Shown: positions 23,373 through 36,300, counted from the whole stretch's first letter. The stretch is DNA of 62,396 nucleotides, filler included, from Chiloscyllium plagiosum (GCF_004010195.1; 3 parts of one record of this genome joined end to end with filler, not necessarily neighbours in it); one strand, 5' to 3'. Translations and numbers: made by a program. Notes: generated from the sequence alone by a model not told the origin.

Positions 23373-25164
23373 CCGACATTGTGGTTGATATAGTGACAAA
23401 CTGAAAATCTCTGAACCACCGAGGTGGTATAACGTCTGATGCAGTTGTGCCATCACACTTTCAGCAGGCACGACACAATGTTATTGGCGAATTAAAGCCT
23501 TTGCTTGGGGTATTAAAAACAATTTTAGTGTGTTCAGATACCATAGATAAAAGGAAAAGGAGCAGTTAGGTGGGGTAACTTAATCAGGAAGTTTAATTAG
23601 GGAGGTGGGTTTCAAAGATGGTTTGAAGGAAGAAAGAGCGATAGGATACAGAAAGGGTTTAGGGAGGAACTACTAGACAGCAAGATCTGCACGACTTGTA
23701 TTTCAGTCTCAAACTGAGCAGTAATGGAAGAGTAAGAATTCCCAAAAATTTCAAAACATTGATGGTAATCTTAGTCATGCTCCCATAATTAGTTCAAGCA
23801 AAATGCAGCAAATCAACTATTCCATTTCTGTCCCTCGAGCCAGCATAAAGTGTGAATCTTGGAATGATACCTAGTTTTACAGCATAAACTTAATGCAGAG
23901 AAATGAACCAATAGCAGAGTGTACTATGCAGACTGTACCACCTCCTGCATATTAGCAAACTTCTCTCTGGTCTCTGATTAGAACTCCCCACCAAATTCTG
24001 TTAGTTTTGTGAAATGATAGTTCTGTGCTCCTTACCTGACTTGACACCATGCTCCTGAGCACTGTTGCCTGCAGCAATCCCAGACTCCAGACCCTGGAGA
24101 TGTCTTTTGCCTCCCTTTACTCTACGGACACACAGTACTCATTCTTAAATGCTAAGATGGGGGGGGGGGGAGACAGGGTATGAGACAGTTTTCAAATCCA
24201 TTCTGTCCAGAGACATGGATTGGGGAGTCTAATTGTAATTAAGCTTGTTAACCCTTTGTCCACTCACTATGCTTAAGTGGTTCCGGGGATTTGTCAGGAG
24301 AAGGCATGCACAAAACTGCCTCTCATTTTTCTTCACTGCATTGTCTGTTTGTTGCCCTGCATGCTGCACTTTATAGGGAATGCCTATTGTTTTGTCAACA
24401 GTACATTCCAGATTGCCACACTACTGTACTCACCCCCATGCAGATTGGAGGGACATTGCCACAAGGCCTCCTAGATGAAGGAGAATAGGGAGTCTTTTGT
24501 GTCCAAGTCACAATGATTGCATTCATTTGTGATCCAAGTCAGGAAACCTTTTCTCCAAAGCCACGTCTATATTCCTGACCTCTTAATCACTGAAAACTGA
24601 TTGTACTCTCAGTCCACAATTTTAAACACTCCATTGTCTCAACTGTCCTCTCATTTTATAGCTGAGTTTCTGCACCAGGTAGCACATTGGTGAATTGATG
24701 CTGCATCCATTATTTTAGCTTCCACATTAGATCCATAGATTGCAAATACAAGCAGCATTATGATTTTGCTATGGAGTTCTTGAAAAATTATAGTAATTTT
24801 CTCAATTTTCTAATTTCACACCTCTTACCCAAAAACAACCTTTTAAAATTTTAAAACGCTTAATCCTATGAGCTTTGGAAAGCTTGCATGCAATTTTGAT
24901 GCCGCTTTTAAGATTCTGTAAACCCTTACCATCCAAATTCCTCTGCTCCTTCCCCAGCTCTCCCATTTAAAGTACGATTAAAATTATTAATATTTACCAC
25001 AACTCCAACATTATGATCATTTTATTTTTCTTTCCTTTCTGAGATGTGAAGCTTAAATTTTAACATTCTGCCTCATGAATGAGTGTTCTTTATGTCCTTA
25101 AGACAGGATACTGTATGAGCCTTTTGTCATTTCAGGCAGTAAACAGTGGAAGTGGCAGAGACAA

Positions 25165-25212
25165 ATGAGCAGGCACAGCTACTCTAGAAATCTTAACCAT
25201 GTCCTGCAGGAG
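25165..25212 (+). CDS. Candidate first coding exon of the SLC2A9-like gene (MSRHSYSRNLNHVLQE)
   Basis: Acceptor TTGTCATTTCAG ends at 25135, ATG at 25165, phase-0 donor GAG|GTAAAT. No homology support. Confidence 0.3.
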
Positions 25213-25519
25213 GTAAATTAACTCCTTGGCATCAGTTTAATTGAAAATCTCAACTGTGGTTTAGTTGAAGCAGTCGCTAAAGGACTTTTTTTTCACAAAT
25301 GGGTTGGATTCAGAGAACAGTAGACTGTTCTTTTGTATATAGGGCAGCAGTAAAGCTGAACCCAATCTTTTAACTGGGTCAATTTCATGTACTAAATGTT
25401 TCAATATGTAGCATTCAATTTGTGGGCTTTGTGTGCTTCACAGCTAGTCTGAGAATGAGTGCGCGCTGACATTATGCAGATGTGAATACATGGGGTTTTG
25501 CTTGTTTTTACTGACTCAC

Positions 25520-26010
25520 ACAAGATGATTCCTGGGATGGCAGGACTGACGCATGAAGAGAGATTGGATCAGTTAGGGTTTTATTCACTGGAAGAGTGAA
25601 TTAGAAGAGTGAGGAGGGAATTTCATAGAAACCTATAAAACTCTTAACAGGACTAGACATGGTAATTGTTCCTGATGACTAGGGAATCCAGAGCCCAGTG
25701 TCACAGGCTAAGGATGTGGGATGGGCCACTTAGGACTGAAGTAAGAAGACGTTTTTTCACCTGGGAGTGGTGAGCCTATGGAATTCTCAGCCACAGAAAT
25801 CGGTTGAGGCTAAAACATTGAACTGTTTTGAGAATAAGATATATGATACATAATATATATATATATATATATATATATGTTCTTAGGGTTAAAGAGATCA
25901 AAGCAGCGACTGGATACAGAGTTGAATGATCAGTCATGATTGTATTGAATGGTGGAGCAGGTTCAAAGGCCCGAATGGCCTACTCCTGTTCCTATCTTCT
26001 ATGCTTTTAC
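25520..26010 (+). mobile_element. Decayed CR1 3' fragment with an internal (TA)n tract
   Basis: Same family as 3445-3945. (TA)n at about 25853-25878. Confidence 0.7.
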
Positions 26011-26659
26011 ATTTATTGAATCTTTCAGTCCACAATATTTGTTTCTAATTTGACGTGTTTATAACCTTGTTTGCATTTTTGTCTTCAGTTCAAAAAAAAC
26101 CTTTTGGTGGACTTGGTTTATGCACACACGCCTTTCCTCACTATCTCCCTGGGTCCCATACCCCATCTTACGCAAATCTACATCAGTTTTTCTTTTGTTT
26201 GAATGAAGTCTTTAGAACATTGTTTTTGTAATGTCAAAATTCAGGGAATCCAGGTCTTCAAAATGCATGTTGGGATGCCTTGACAGTCCTGATACATTAA
26301 CTTCATGGCAATTTCCCAAGTTTTCCTGAATCCCCCAAGATTGTGACTTAGAGATGTGGAAGTCAGAGGGTTGTGTCACACTTACCTGGATAGTTATCAA
26401 GGAATGTTTATAGCTATTAAAACCTTTCCTTCAACTGACTGTTACCCCTCTCACTCACCTGCTTACCAACATACCTTACAAGCTTGCTTTCTCTTACAGC
26501 TTTTCAAAGAAGCTGTGGACCTTTAAACTTTTTAGATACTAGAATATGGCAGCGCCTGTTGGAAGAAGAGGCTGTGGCTTCCATCAAAATTTCCTGTGCC
26601 CTTTCCTCCAGGGATTCCTGTCTTTGATAAATTCCATAGGATCTTCCATTAGGGGATTC

Positions 26660-26933
26660 TGTAGTCAGAGGTACAGTCAGATGTTTCTGTGGCCAGCAGA
26701 GAAAAAGCAGAATGGTGTTGTTTCTCTGGTGCCAGGATCAAGGATGTCTGAGAGGGTGCAGAATGTTCTCACGGGGGAGAGGGGCCAGCAGGAGGTCATT
26801 GTCCACATTGGAACCAACGACATTGGAAGGGAAAAGGTTGAGACTCTGAAGGGAGATTACAGAGAGTTAGGCAGAAATTTAAAAAGGAGGTCCTCAAGGG
26901 TAGTAATATCTGGATTACTCCCAGTGCTACGAG
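26660..26933 (+). mobile_element. CR1 ORF1 esterase fragment, cut by the gap
   Basis: EVIVHIGTNDIGREK...SRVVISGLLPV. Same family as 39200-39700. Confidence 0.85.
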
Positions 26934-27033
26934 NNNNNNNNNNNNNNNNNNNNNNNNNNNNNNNNNNNNNNNNNNNNTTAATTAATTAANNNNNNNNNNN
27001 NNNNNNNNNNNNNNNNNNNNNNNNNNNNNNNNN
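26934..27033. other. Artificial contig linker N44-TTAATTAATTAA-N44
   Basis: Exactly 100 bp with a core giving stops in all six frames. Identical to 56257-56356. Confidence 0.92.
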
Positions 27034-27147
27034 CCCTCCTCTAGCTTATCTCTCCACGCTGCAGGCTCACTGCCTTTATTCCTGATGAAGGGCTTTTTCC
27101 CGAAACGTCGATTTCGCTGCTCCTTGGATGCTGCCTGAACTGCTGCA
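27034..27147 (+). mobile_element. Penelope-like family B terminal repeat
   Basis: CTGATGA-AGGGCTTTTTCCC-GAAACGTC. Reverse complement of about 56035-56150. Confidence 0.8.
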
Positions 27148-27749
27148 CTATCCATCACCCACCAACAGTGGCAGAATTTTGCTATAAAGGCAGAAGGCCT
27201 GAATTTCCTTAGGTTTTATGTGACTGTATAACAAAACTTTTGCCAGGAGTGTAATGAAAACCCCGTTTACATGTAATTAGTGTTCCCAACACACTTCAAG
27301 CAAAGTTCCAATACTGCAGTAGAACATTTCAAAATGGCTAGAGTGAATGTAAAGTTGAATTACCATAAATTTTAGAGTTAAAAATCACACAACACCAGGT
27401 TACAGTCCAACAGGTTTAATTGGAAGCACCCTCGCTTAACTTTGTACACCCCAGCCCAACACCGGTATCTCCAAATCATAAATTTTAGATGTTCAGACAA
27501 CAATTGCAACTTGAATACCCAAGGCTGGCCCATTGGGTTTCTCATAGCCGAGGTCACAGGTTCCCAATGCGATCACTTTCCACCCCAAGCTTTGCCTTCC
27601 CACTCCCTGGAATATTTTTCCCACTGGAACTAACAGCAAAAACCCAGTAAAGTCAGGCCTTAGTTGTTATCCAACTCGAGTGGTGACATAGTCAAGGAAC
27701 ATCCATCTCAGTTTAATCAGTCTGTGTAGTGGACACTTGGATCTCAGCA

Positions 27750-28065
27750 GTGTAGAAGCAGAGCATTCAGCCCATTGAGTCTACACTGACCCTCCGAAGA
27801 GCATCCCATCCAGACCCACGCCCCATTCTATCCCTGTAACACTGCATTTCCCATGGCTCGCCTGCATATCCCTGGATGCTATGTACGATTTAGCATGGCC
27901 AATCTATCTAACCTGGACATCTTTGGACTGTTGGAGGAAACTGGAACATATGGAGGAAACCCACAGAGACACGTGGAAAATGTGCAAACTGCACGCAGTC
28001 GCGCCAGGCTGGAATCGAACCCGGGTCCCTTCTGCTGTGAGGCAGCAGCACACTGAGGCACTGTG
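27750..28065 (-). mobile_element. Older HE1-type SINE
   Basis: TTTGGACTGTTGGAGGAAACTGGA..GGAAACCCACAGAGACAC core with a decayed tRNA head. Confidence 0.8.
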
Positions 28066-28407
28066 CACCTATTCTGGAGAATATACCATTGTGGTTCGAT
28101 TCAGGTTTTATAGTTTTGTAGATATTTGTCTACAAATGTGTGTTGTCTCATCTGTTAATAAATCCCTCACTCTTAGTGGAACATTCACAGCATTATGGCT
28201 GCTGTGTTTTGGTCCAGCCAGGAGGGTATGAAAGTCATCCCAGTGCCCAGAGCTTCTTCAGTACTTAAGTGAGTATATTCAGTAAGTAGCTAAATAAGGA
28301 CATATCATGCTCATGAATCATTGTTACCCTGACTCAAATTTATCTTAGGCTACTATAATAATGATCAACATCAACAATCAGGATTACTCAGGGCATTTAT
28401 TCTTGAC

Positions 28408-28631
28408 ATCGAAAAGAGTGGCGCTGGAAAAGCAAAGCAGGTCAGGCAACATCTGAGGAGTAGGAGAATCGACGTTTCAGGCATAAGCCCTTCATCAACA
28501 CTCCTGATGATGGGCTAATTCCCGAAATGTGGATTTTCCTGCTCCTCGGATGCTGCCTGACCTGCTTTGCTTTTCCAGCACCACCCTTTTCGACTCTGAT
28601 CTCCAGCATCTGCAGTCCTCACTTTCTCCTA
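28408..28631. mobile_element. Palindromic PLE family B element
   Basis: Inverted arms around CTGATGA..CCCGAAA. Flanking repeat TATTCTTGA. Confidence 0.8.
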
Positions 28632-29547
28632 GCATCTATTCTTGATCACATTCCAATGATCAGTGTGAATAAACATCAGATGTGGACAGAATCAATTCTG
28701 ATTGCAGGTATATAGCAATGAACATAAATAAAAAAGGTTTCTGCTGATTGGAATGATAATAGTCAATCAATGTCTTACCAATTACTTTACAATAGGATTT
28801 GTGGAAACCACTAGAGGATAATAGGTTTGAGAATGAGACCTAGATGCTTGTGCATTCCCTTTGGTAGTTTGCTGGTGGGTGATATTTAATTGGATGGGAG
28901 GGTGATGCATAGGGACCCTACTACCTTCCTGCTTCACCCAGTTAAGTATAGGTGCAAAGATCTGGGTATGGTATTCATTTCCTGCTACAAAACATAGGGT
29001 TTAAGTGGAAAATTAGTGCCACTTCAAGGGCCTTGTCTCACTGTATATTGTATTAACCTTTCAGCCGATGGCAGGTTTGATACACAGACATTGTTCACTG
29101 GCTGCCATGGCATGCCCCTTGTTCAAAAGTACTCAGTGCCTGATCAAGTGACCTGGCATTGAGAAGGCAGGACCAGTTGAGAGTGAACCTCAGTACTTGT
29201 TGCCAACCTCTCTAACGATCGATTTTTCTCCCCTTGGCTCCTACCTAATCACAACTCATCGTGGAAGCCTCCACAACCTGACACCTAGGGTGATATCATA
29301 TTGGCAGCAGCTACCATCCCACACCGATGCTCTTGTGTATGGACGAGCTTCCAGCTACTGATTGGAAGATAGCTCTTGTATGGTGGGATGTCCTATCTCA
29401 GGGTGCTGGGTCCTAGGGAAAGGCTTGCTATTGGCCTGGCAAGTGCCTGACTAGCATAAGATTCTGTGCCATCATCTCCACAAGATTCTGTCGCATAGAT
29501 CCCAAGTGATCTGTTCTTTAGATAATGTCACATCTCAGAATACTTTG

Positions 29548-32500
29548 TGTGGTGATTGTAATGAGGTCAGCCTGATGGACCTTATAGAGTATGAGTTCCC
29601 TGATTAGGGCTGTTAATCTGGTTCGGTCAGGGAGCCTAGGCTGACAGATATAAACAAGAGTGTCACACTCTGTTCACTCAAGGAGCTAGGTTCTGAGCTA
29701 GTTGTCATGTATCACGTACTATGCACATGTAAATAAAGAGTGACCTGGTGATGGGAAAACGGGCCTCTGTGGAGTTATTTCAACTGTAATGAGAGAAACA
29801 AATGCTCCTAAAGAAACTTGCTTGCAACAGTTGTCCTTGAGTTGGGTAAGCAATGCTGGCACAATGCTGTTATTTGGGAAGTTTGAGTCGTTCAATCCTG
29901 CTGTTGAAGAATGGGCCCAGTATGTGAAAAGAATGCGTTACTTTTTCCTGGGCAAATGACATTGGGGCAGATGAAAAGCAACAAATAATTCTCCTGACAA
30001 CTTGTGGACCCGCAGCCTTTTCAGTTATTAGGAGCTTTCTGTTTCCTGAAGCACTAGATATGAAAACTTTTCAAGAGTTGACTAGTTCAGGAATATTATG
30101 ATACCAAACCTCTTCTAATTCTGAGACCCTATCAGTTTTACTTGGCAGTTCAAGAACCAAGGGAATCTGTGTTAGGATTTTGATGAAGTTAAGGTGACTG
30201 GCAGAGACATGTGACTTTGATTTAACCCTTAATGAAAATCTGAGCAAGCTGAAAATTTGGTATGTGGAATTAGAGGTAATCAGACAAAAGCACCTACTAG
30301 CTAAAGCCCAACTGGACTTCAACTAGATACTACAACTGCCTTTATCATGCAAAATGCAGAAAGTGGAACATATGAGTTACAGAGTGTTCCATTGGAGGTG
30401 GATCCTCTCGTCAGTCTCACTGAGCTTGGGGAACACCACTTGAGTAATGGCAATTGCATATTCTCACTCAGGACATATCCTGAACAGACTGACTCTAGGT
30501 CAGCCCACAGCACAACACCTAAACAATGCCAACTTTCAGTTAAATGGTTACCATTTTCTTCAGGATCTGGACTGGCAAGCCATTGTAGTTGCTGCTGATA
30601 TGCAGATTTGAGGCAGCAAAAGAATCTCACTAGGTCTAAATTAAGTAAGAACTCATAGGCTGATATCCAGGGGATTGTACACTCCAAATCTGGCTTGGAA
30701 CAGTTAAATTGCTCAGCAATATCCAAATCCAAACCAATCAAAATAAACGTCTGGCTAAATGGTCACCCAGTTCTAATGGAGGTTGATACTGGCACAACTG
30801 TATTAGTGATTGCAGAACCAGTCATTCACAAAATTTACGCTGGGCTCCAACTTTTGAGTTTGTGTAGTCCTCGGCTAGACTGAGAATCTATACTGGGGAA
30901 CCTTTACATATTAAAGGGACAACTTAATTCCTGTCTTGTATGAGAAGCAGCTAGCTCAGTTACCACTGATTGTGGTAAAAGTCTTGGGCCAAAGCCTGAT
31001 GGGGTGAAATTGGTTGAGGAAGATTCACCTTAAAAGGCTCTATATTTTTTGATTAGAAAATGGCTGCCTGAGTGAAGTCCCAATTAAATACCCGGATGCT
31101 TGTCAGGAAGGACTATCCAGACCACCTCACTTGTTGACCAGGGAACAATTCCATGAATCTGCAAGGCCTGCCCAGTGCCATTTGCCTTATGTGCAAAAGT
31201 AGAGGCAAAAATCAGAAGGCTAGAAAGCGAAGGAATCATCAAACCAGGACAGTTTGTGGAATGGGCAGCATCAGTTGTACCGATTGTGAAGCCCAATGGG
31301 TCAGTTTGCCTTCATGGAGATCTTAAGCAAACGGCAAACTGCTTTTTGTAGCTGAACAAATACCTAATCCCACACACTGGAGGACTCATGCACAAAACTG
31401 GCAGAGGGGGTGTCCTTCACGAAGCTGGATATGAGCCATGCATATCTGCAGTTGTGGTTAGGTGAGGATTTCCTGAAGTATGCTACAATTAATACTGATA
31501 AGGGTTGGTACCAATGTACAAGAATGCTGTTTTTCAATGGACAATGGAGAACATTTTACATGGACTATCCCAGGTCACCATTTATTTGGATGATGTGCTA
31601 ATATCAGGGAAGACCACAAAGAGCACTTGGAGGACTTGGACAAAATCCTTAGATGTTTCTCCAAAGTGGGCATATGCTTTATAAGGGAGAAATTTCTGTT
31701 CCAGATGTTCAAGTGACATACTTGGGCTATGCAGTCAACTAGACTGGATTACACCTGTTGGACGATCAAGTGAGGGTGATAAACAGTACCCCAGCTTCCA
31801 TGTCTGTACGAGGAGCTTACATCCTTCCTTGGATTGGTGAATTATTATGGAAAGTTCTTATGTAACCTCACCTACATACTGGCACCCTTACATCTGCTAT
31901 TGTAAAAGGAGAAAATGAAGACATCAGATGCTGGAGAGTCAGAGTTGAGAATTGTAGCACTGGAAAAAGCACAACAGGTCAAGCACCATCTGAGAATCAG
32001 GAGAGCCAATGTTTCAGGCATAAGCCCTTCATCAGGAATGTGGAGGGGAAAAGGCGCTGAGAGATAAATTGGTGTGGGGTGGGGGGAAGTTAGGTAGGAT
32101 GGTGATAGGTGGATGTAGGTAGGAGGTGATTGTGATAGGTTGGTGGAGAGGGTGGAACAGAGAGGTGGGAAGGAAGATGGACAAGTTGGTCAGATTGAGA
32201 TGGTGGTGCTGAGTTGGAATGTTGGATCTGGATTGAGATTGGGGGTGCAGCTATTTGGAAACTGGTGAAGTCGATGTTGATGCCATGTGGTTGTAGGGTC
32301 CCGAGGTGGAACTAGGGTCAGCCTTGGAAATAGTCTCCTAACCAAGATATAGCCTTTAGGGAAGTGAAGAAGCAGCTATCATCATCTAAGGTGTGGGCAC
32401 ACAATGATCCCAAGAATCAGGATTGTTTGGCTGATGAGGAGTGCAATTAGGCTCACATAGAGTTGGAATGTTTGGTGGTTACCTTTGGTGTGAGAAAGTT

Positions 32501-32640
32501 TCACCGATACCTTTTTATGGATGTGAATTTGACACAGTACCAGACCACAATCCTCTGCAACAGCTACACAGAAGACAAAGCTGTGCTGCGAATAACCTCA
32601 GGACAAATTCAGCAGTGGGCTCTCATTCTAAGTGCGTAGA
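29548..32640 (+). mobile_element. Decayed Ty3/Gypsy retrotransposon (5' LTR, gag, protease, RT, RNase H; 3'-truncated)
   Basis: LTR at 29548-29782. gag MLLFGKFESFNPAVEEWAQYVKRM from 29863. Protease VLMEVDTG. RT motifs WAASVVPIVKPNGS, FTKLDMSHAYLQL and IYLDDVL at about 31580. RNase H PDHNPL. Many stops and frameshifts. Confidence 0.9.
31908..32312 (-). mobile_element. Penelope-like family B fragment inserted in Gypsy pol
   Basis: Terminal repeat plus G-rich GTGATAGGT segment like 4315-4583. Confidence 0.75.
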
Positions 32641-33827
32641 TTGAAACAAAAAAACAATAATATGTGTTCATCACCTCAAAGAAAAGAGAAAAAGCACTAT
32701 ATAACTGTATAAGACAAGTTGAAAAGATTTTCTCATGAAAAAGATAAATTCAATCCTTTTTCCCAGCAATATCTTTTACAGACACTCAACCCCAGTGAAA
32801 TACATTCCTACCTTTTATCTTTAATTTTTTACTCATTTAATGATGTTGCAAATGTTTCCTTTAGGCAACTTTCTGCAGATTCACTAGATTTTATTCTCTC
32901 CATCTCTGCTTGAGATACATAGACAGGCTAACACATTTACTTTTCTCGAACTCTGAGGCAGCTAAAACAGCTTAAGACTTGTTTCTATCTTGAAACTGCT
33001 CCCTGCTGTTTTGCTCCATTCTGAGCTGAACCTATTTCTGAAATCTGGTTTCTATTTCTGTAGATTGTAAACACTTAATTTAATGAGCATCACAGCAAAT
33101 ATTTAACTAGGAGCTTGTCCAGTGATTTAACTTAATGCACAACTTCTTAGAAATACTGTCTGACTCATTGCTAAATGAAGAGTTTCTGATTCTTCAAAGA
33201 GAATCAATAACCTTCACCGAACTGAAAATCAAAAATCCATTACTTCCATGTCACAACCAAGCTCCAAATAATTATAATGGCATAATATCATGTTAAAGAT
33301 TAAATGTGGGCTTAATTGGTTATGCAGACCTGTTGGATCTTGAAGAATTTTTAACATAGAACAATGATCTGTGGACTTGTAGTCACAAACCACACCACCT
33401 CCCAACTCCTCCCCACCCCAAAGAAAAACATTTGCCACCACTTGCCTCAGCTCCTGTGGCTCTTGTGCAGAAGGTCAGATTTAAGGTCAAGTCTTTCTCC
33501 ACGGGATGAGAAAAAAAGGCACCATCAAAGGGACAATCATTTCAGGCTGGAAAAAGGCATCCTTTAGCAACTGGCCATAGACAATCCTGACAGAAGAATT
33601 TGCTGTGAATGATGCAGGCAGAACAAATGAGAAAAGCATATTGTCATTATCTTGAATTCTAATTTACATATCTATTATCATCAAGAGGCAGACCTTTTCA
33701 TGCAATGTATTTAATATTTATGGCTTTTTTTCTATACTTTCTAGGTCAATCCATCATTTCAGTTCTTTGAGATTTGGTTTGTTTCTTGCTATCTTGGTAC
33801 TGACACAAATTTATTTTTTCTTTTCAG

Positions 33828-33988
33828 TACGTTAAAGCCTTTTGCAATGAATCATGGACCAGGCGATTTGGAACACCCATTGAGACCAAATCACTGACAC
33901 TTCTCTGGTCAATAATTGTTTCCATTTCTGCCATTGGTGGTCTGGTCGGTGCATTTATTGTCACCCCGTTTGTGAAACACTTGGGCAG
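33828..33988 (+). CDS. SLC2A9: GLUT9-like facilitative transporter, internal exon (161 bp; exofacial loop and TM2)
   Basis: [60 protein letters not shown](R) |GTATGT. Matches GLUT9 YIKAFYNESW...TLLWSVTVSIFAIGGLVG. Could be an slc2a9-like/slc2a15 paralog. Confidence 0.9.
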
Positions 33989-34284
33989 GTATGTTCCTAC
34001 AAAGAAGAACTAAAACTGATGATTCTTAATGCTTGTTTATTTGTTACAAGTTTGTGGTATCTATTGTAACAGCCTGGATGTTGCAGCTGGAGAACGAAAC
34101 GATTGCCGCCATTCACTGTCATCACGACATACAACTGATGGTAACTCTGGGAATCCACAGGTGCACAGTTAGACACTAAAATCCCGAACCTGCTGCCAGT
34201 GTGACCATGCTCCTTCAAAGGGTGGGCTGTGTGCAGTTTTTGCAGATTGGATAATTAGAAATCAATGATGTTTTCTGATCTTTA

Positions 34285-34417
34285 ATGGTACTGTGTCCTC
34301 ACTGTAAATAACAATGAAACCATTTAGCCATGTGGAATAAAGGGGACTAAGTGCTTAATGTTGAATTAAGTCGTAATTGCTACTGAACAAGCTGATGTAA
34401 AACAGATGTAAAGATCA
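34285..34417 (+). repeat. About 133-bp segment duplicated at 35443-35467 plus 35772-35883
   Basis: Direct alignment from ATGGTACT..TCCTCACTGTAAAT to GATGTAAAGATCA. The second copy is interrupted by a SINE. Confidence 0.85.
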
Positions 34418-34439
34418 AGATCATAATTATTCTTTTTTT

Positions 34440-34782
34440 AAATATCATGAGGGATATGAACAGGGTGAATAGCCAAGGACTCTTTCCCAGGGTAGGGGAG
34501 TCCAAAACAAGAGGACGTAGGTTTAAGGTGACGGGGAAAGATATAAAAGGGACTTAAGGGGCAACTTTTTCATTCAGAGGATGGTGTGTGTATGGAATGA
34601 GCTGCCTGAGGTGGTGGTGCAGGCTGGTACAATGACAACATTTAAAAGGCATGAGTACATGAATAGGAAGGGTTTTGGGGAATATGGGCCAAATGTAGGC
34701 AATGGGACTAGATTAATGTAGGATATCTGGTCGATGTGGATGAGTTGGACTGAAAGGTTTATTTTTGTAAAACTCTATGACA
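34440..34782 (+). mobile_element. CR1/HER1 3' fragment
   Basis: Same family as 19153-19606. Confidence 0.8.
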
Positions 34783-35017
34783 TTATAAGGGAGTGAATAC
34801 ATTAGGTTGCACGTCAATTGGCAAGAGAACTCACCCAATTGCCCACAAAATAGTTAAGTAAGAGCTGACAGATGACAGGGTGAGTATCTCTCATCCCACC
34901 TTCACTTCCCCTAACCCAACCACCATCACACAACTCGACTCTGGATAGCCAGGTTGCCCAAAGCCGTTGGCTAATCAGACGGCCCACCACTTCATTCTGG
35001 GACCCCAACGGATCTAT

Positions 35018-35171
35018 TTAGAGTCATAGAGATGTACAGCACAGTCCAACTTGTCCGTGCTGACCAGATATCCCAACCCAATCTAGATCCATCTGCCAGA
35101 ACCTGGCCCATATCCCTCCAAACCATTCCTATTCATATATCCATCCAAATGCCTTTTAAATGTTGCAATTG
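35018..35171 (-). mobile_element. CR1/HER1 3' end
   Basis: TAGAGTCATAGAGATGTACAGC tail. Confidence 0.8.
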
Positions 35172-35467
35172 GCATATTATTTTCATCTTTTAATAGCACA
35201 AAATTTGAGATTTGCTGACAAAAAATACATTCTGTCACAGCTTTTTATCTTGCACTCATCAGAACATTCACATAAATACCAACATAAAGCAGAAGAAACA
35301 TTTTATACTGTATCAGAAACAAGTGGAGCATATTTTTAAGGTGAGAGGAGAAAGATTTACAAAAGAAATGGGGGTAATTTTATTTTTATACAGTGTGGTT
35401 CCTAGGTGAAAGGAACTTCCAGAGGAAGTGGTGAACGTGGGCATGGTACTATGTCCTCACTGTAAAT

Positions 35468-35771
35468 GGGCAGCACGGTGGCTCAGTGGTTAGCACTGCC
35501 GCCTCACAGCGCCAGGGACCCGGGTTCAATTTCTGCCTCAGGTAACTGTCTCGAGTTTGCACGTTCTCCCCATGTCTGTGTGGGTTTCCTCTGGGTGCTC
35601 CGGTTTCCTCCCACAGTCCAAAGATGTGCAAGTCAGGTGAATTGACCATGCTAAATTGCCTGTAGGGTTAGGTAAAAAGAGGGGAATGGTTCTGGGTGGG
35701 TTGCTCTTTGGAGGGTCAGTGTGGACTTGTTGGGCCAAAGGGCCTGTTTCCACACTGTAAGTAATCTAATC
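35468..35771 (+). mobile_element. HE1-type SINE
   Basis: GGGCAGCACGGTGGCTCAGTGGTTAGCAC head, GGTTCAATT B box, (TAATC)n tail and short TAAAT duplication. Confidence 0.9.
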
Positions 35772-36300
35772 TAAATACAGTGAAAGCATTTAGCCATGTG
35801 GAATAAGGGGGACTAAGTGCTTAATGTTGAATTAAGTTGTAATTTCTGCTGAACAAGCTGATGTAAAACAGATGTAAAGATCATGGCCATATTTATTTGT
35901 TTCCTTTTCTAAATATAATTAGAAAAGTACATGAACAACAAAGGTTTGGAGGGATATAGGCCTGATTGTTTGTTAAGTATCTCGTCTGTTAGAATAACCA
36001 TGTTGGTTTCAGTTCTTTCATATGTAAATTGCAGAACTTTTTAAAACGTTACATTCTCAAGTGAACTTTAACAATTGGAGTCATGTTGGCCCAGATAATG
36101 TATTAAAGGTGTGGGTTTCCCTGTGTGAAACTGTCTGTGCCACAATGGTCAGATTGACTCTAATCTAAAAAACGGATTCACAGAATCTTACATGAATTCA
36201 TGCAGTTTTTGAGCAAAGTAAAATGTAATTCTGCAAGTACAGATTCACCCACAAGCTATGTGTGTGTGTGTGTGTTGGGGGAGGGGGAGTGGTTATGGGT

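Noticed and set aside
24005..24058. AG|FCEMIV... as the LRAT terminal exon
   Set aside because: No IIRDQRS motif or hydrophobic tail, and it stops after 17 codons. The FCNMT candidate near 15878 fails in the same way.
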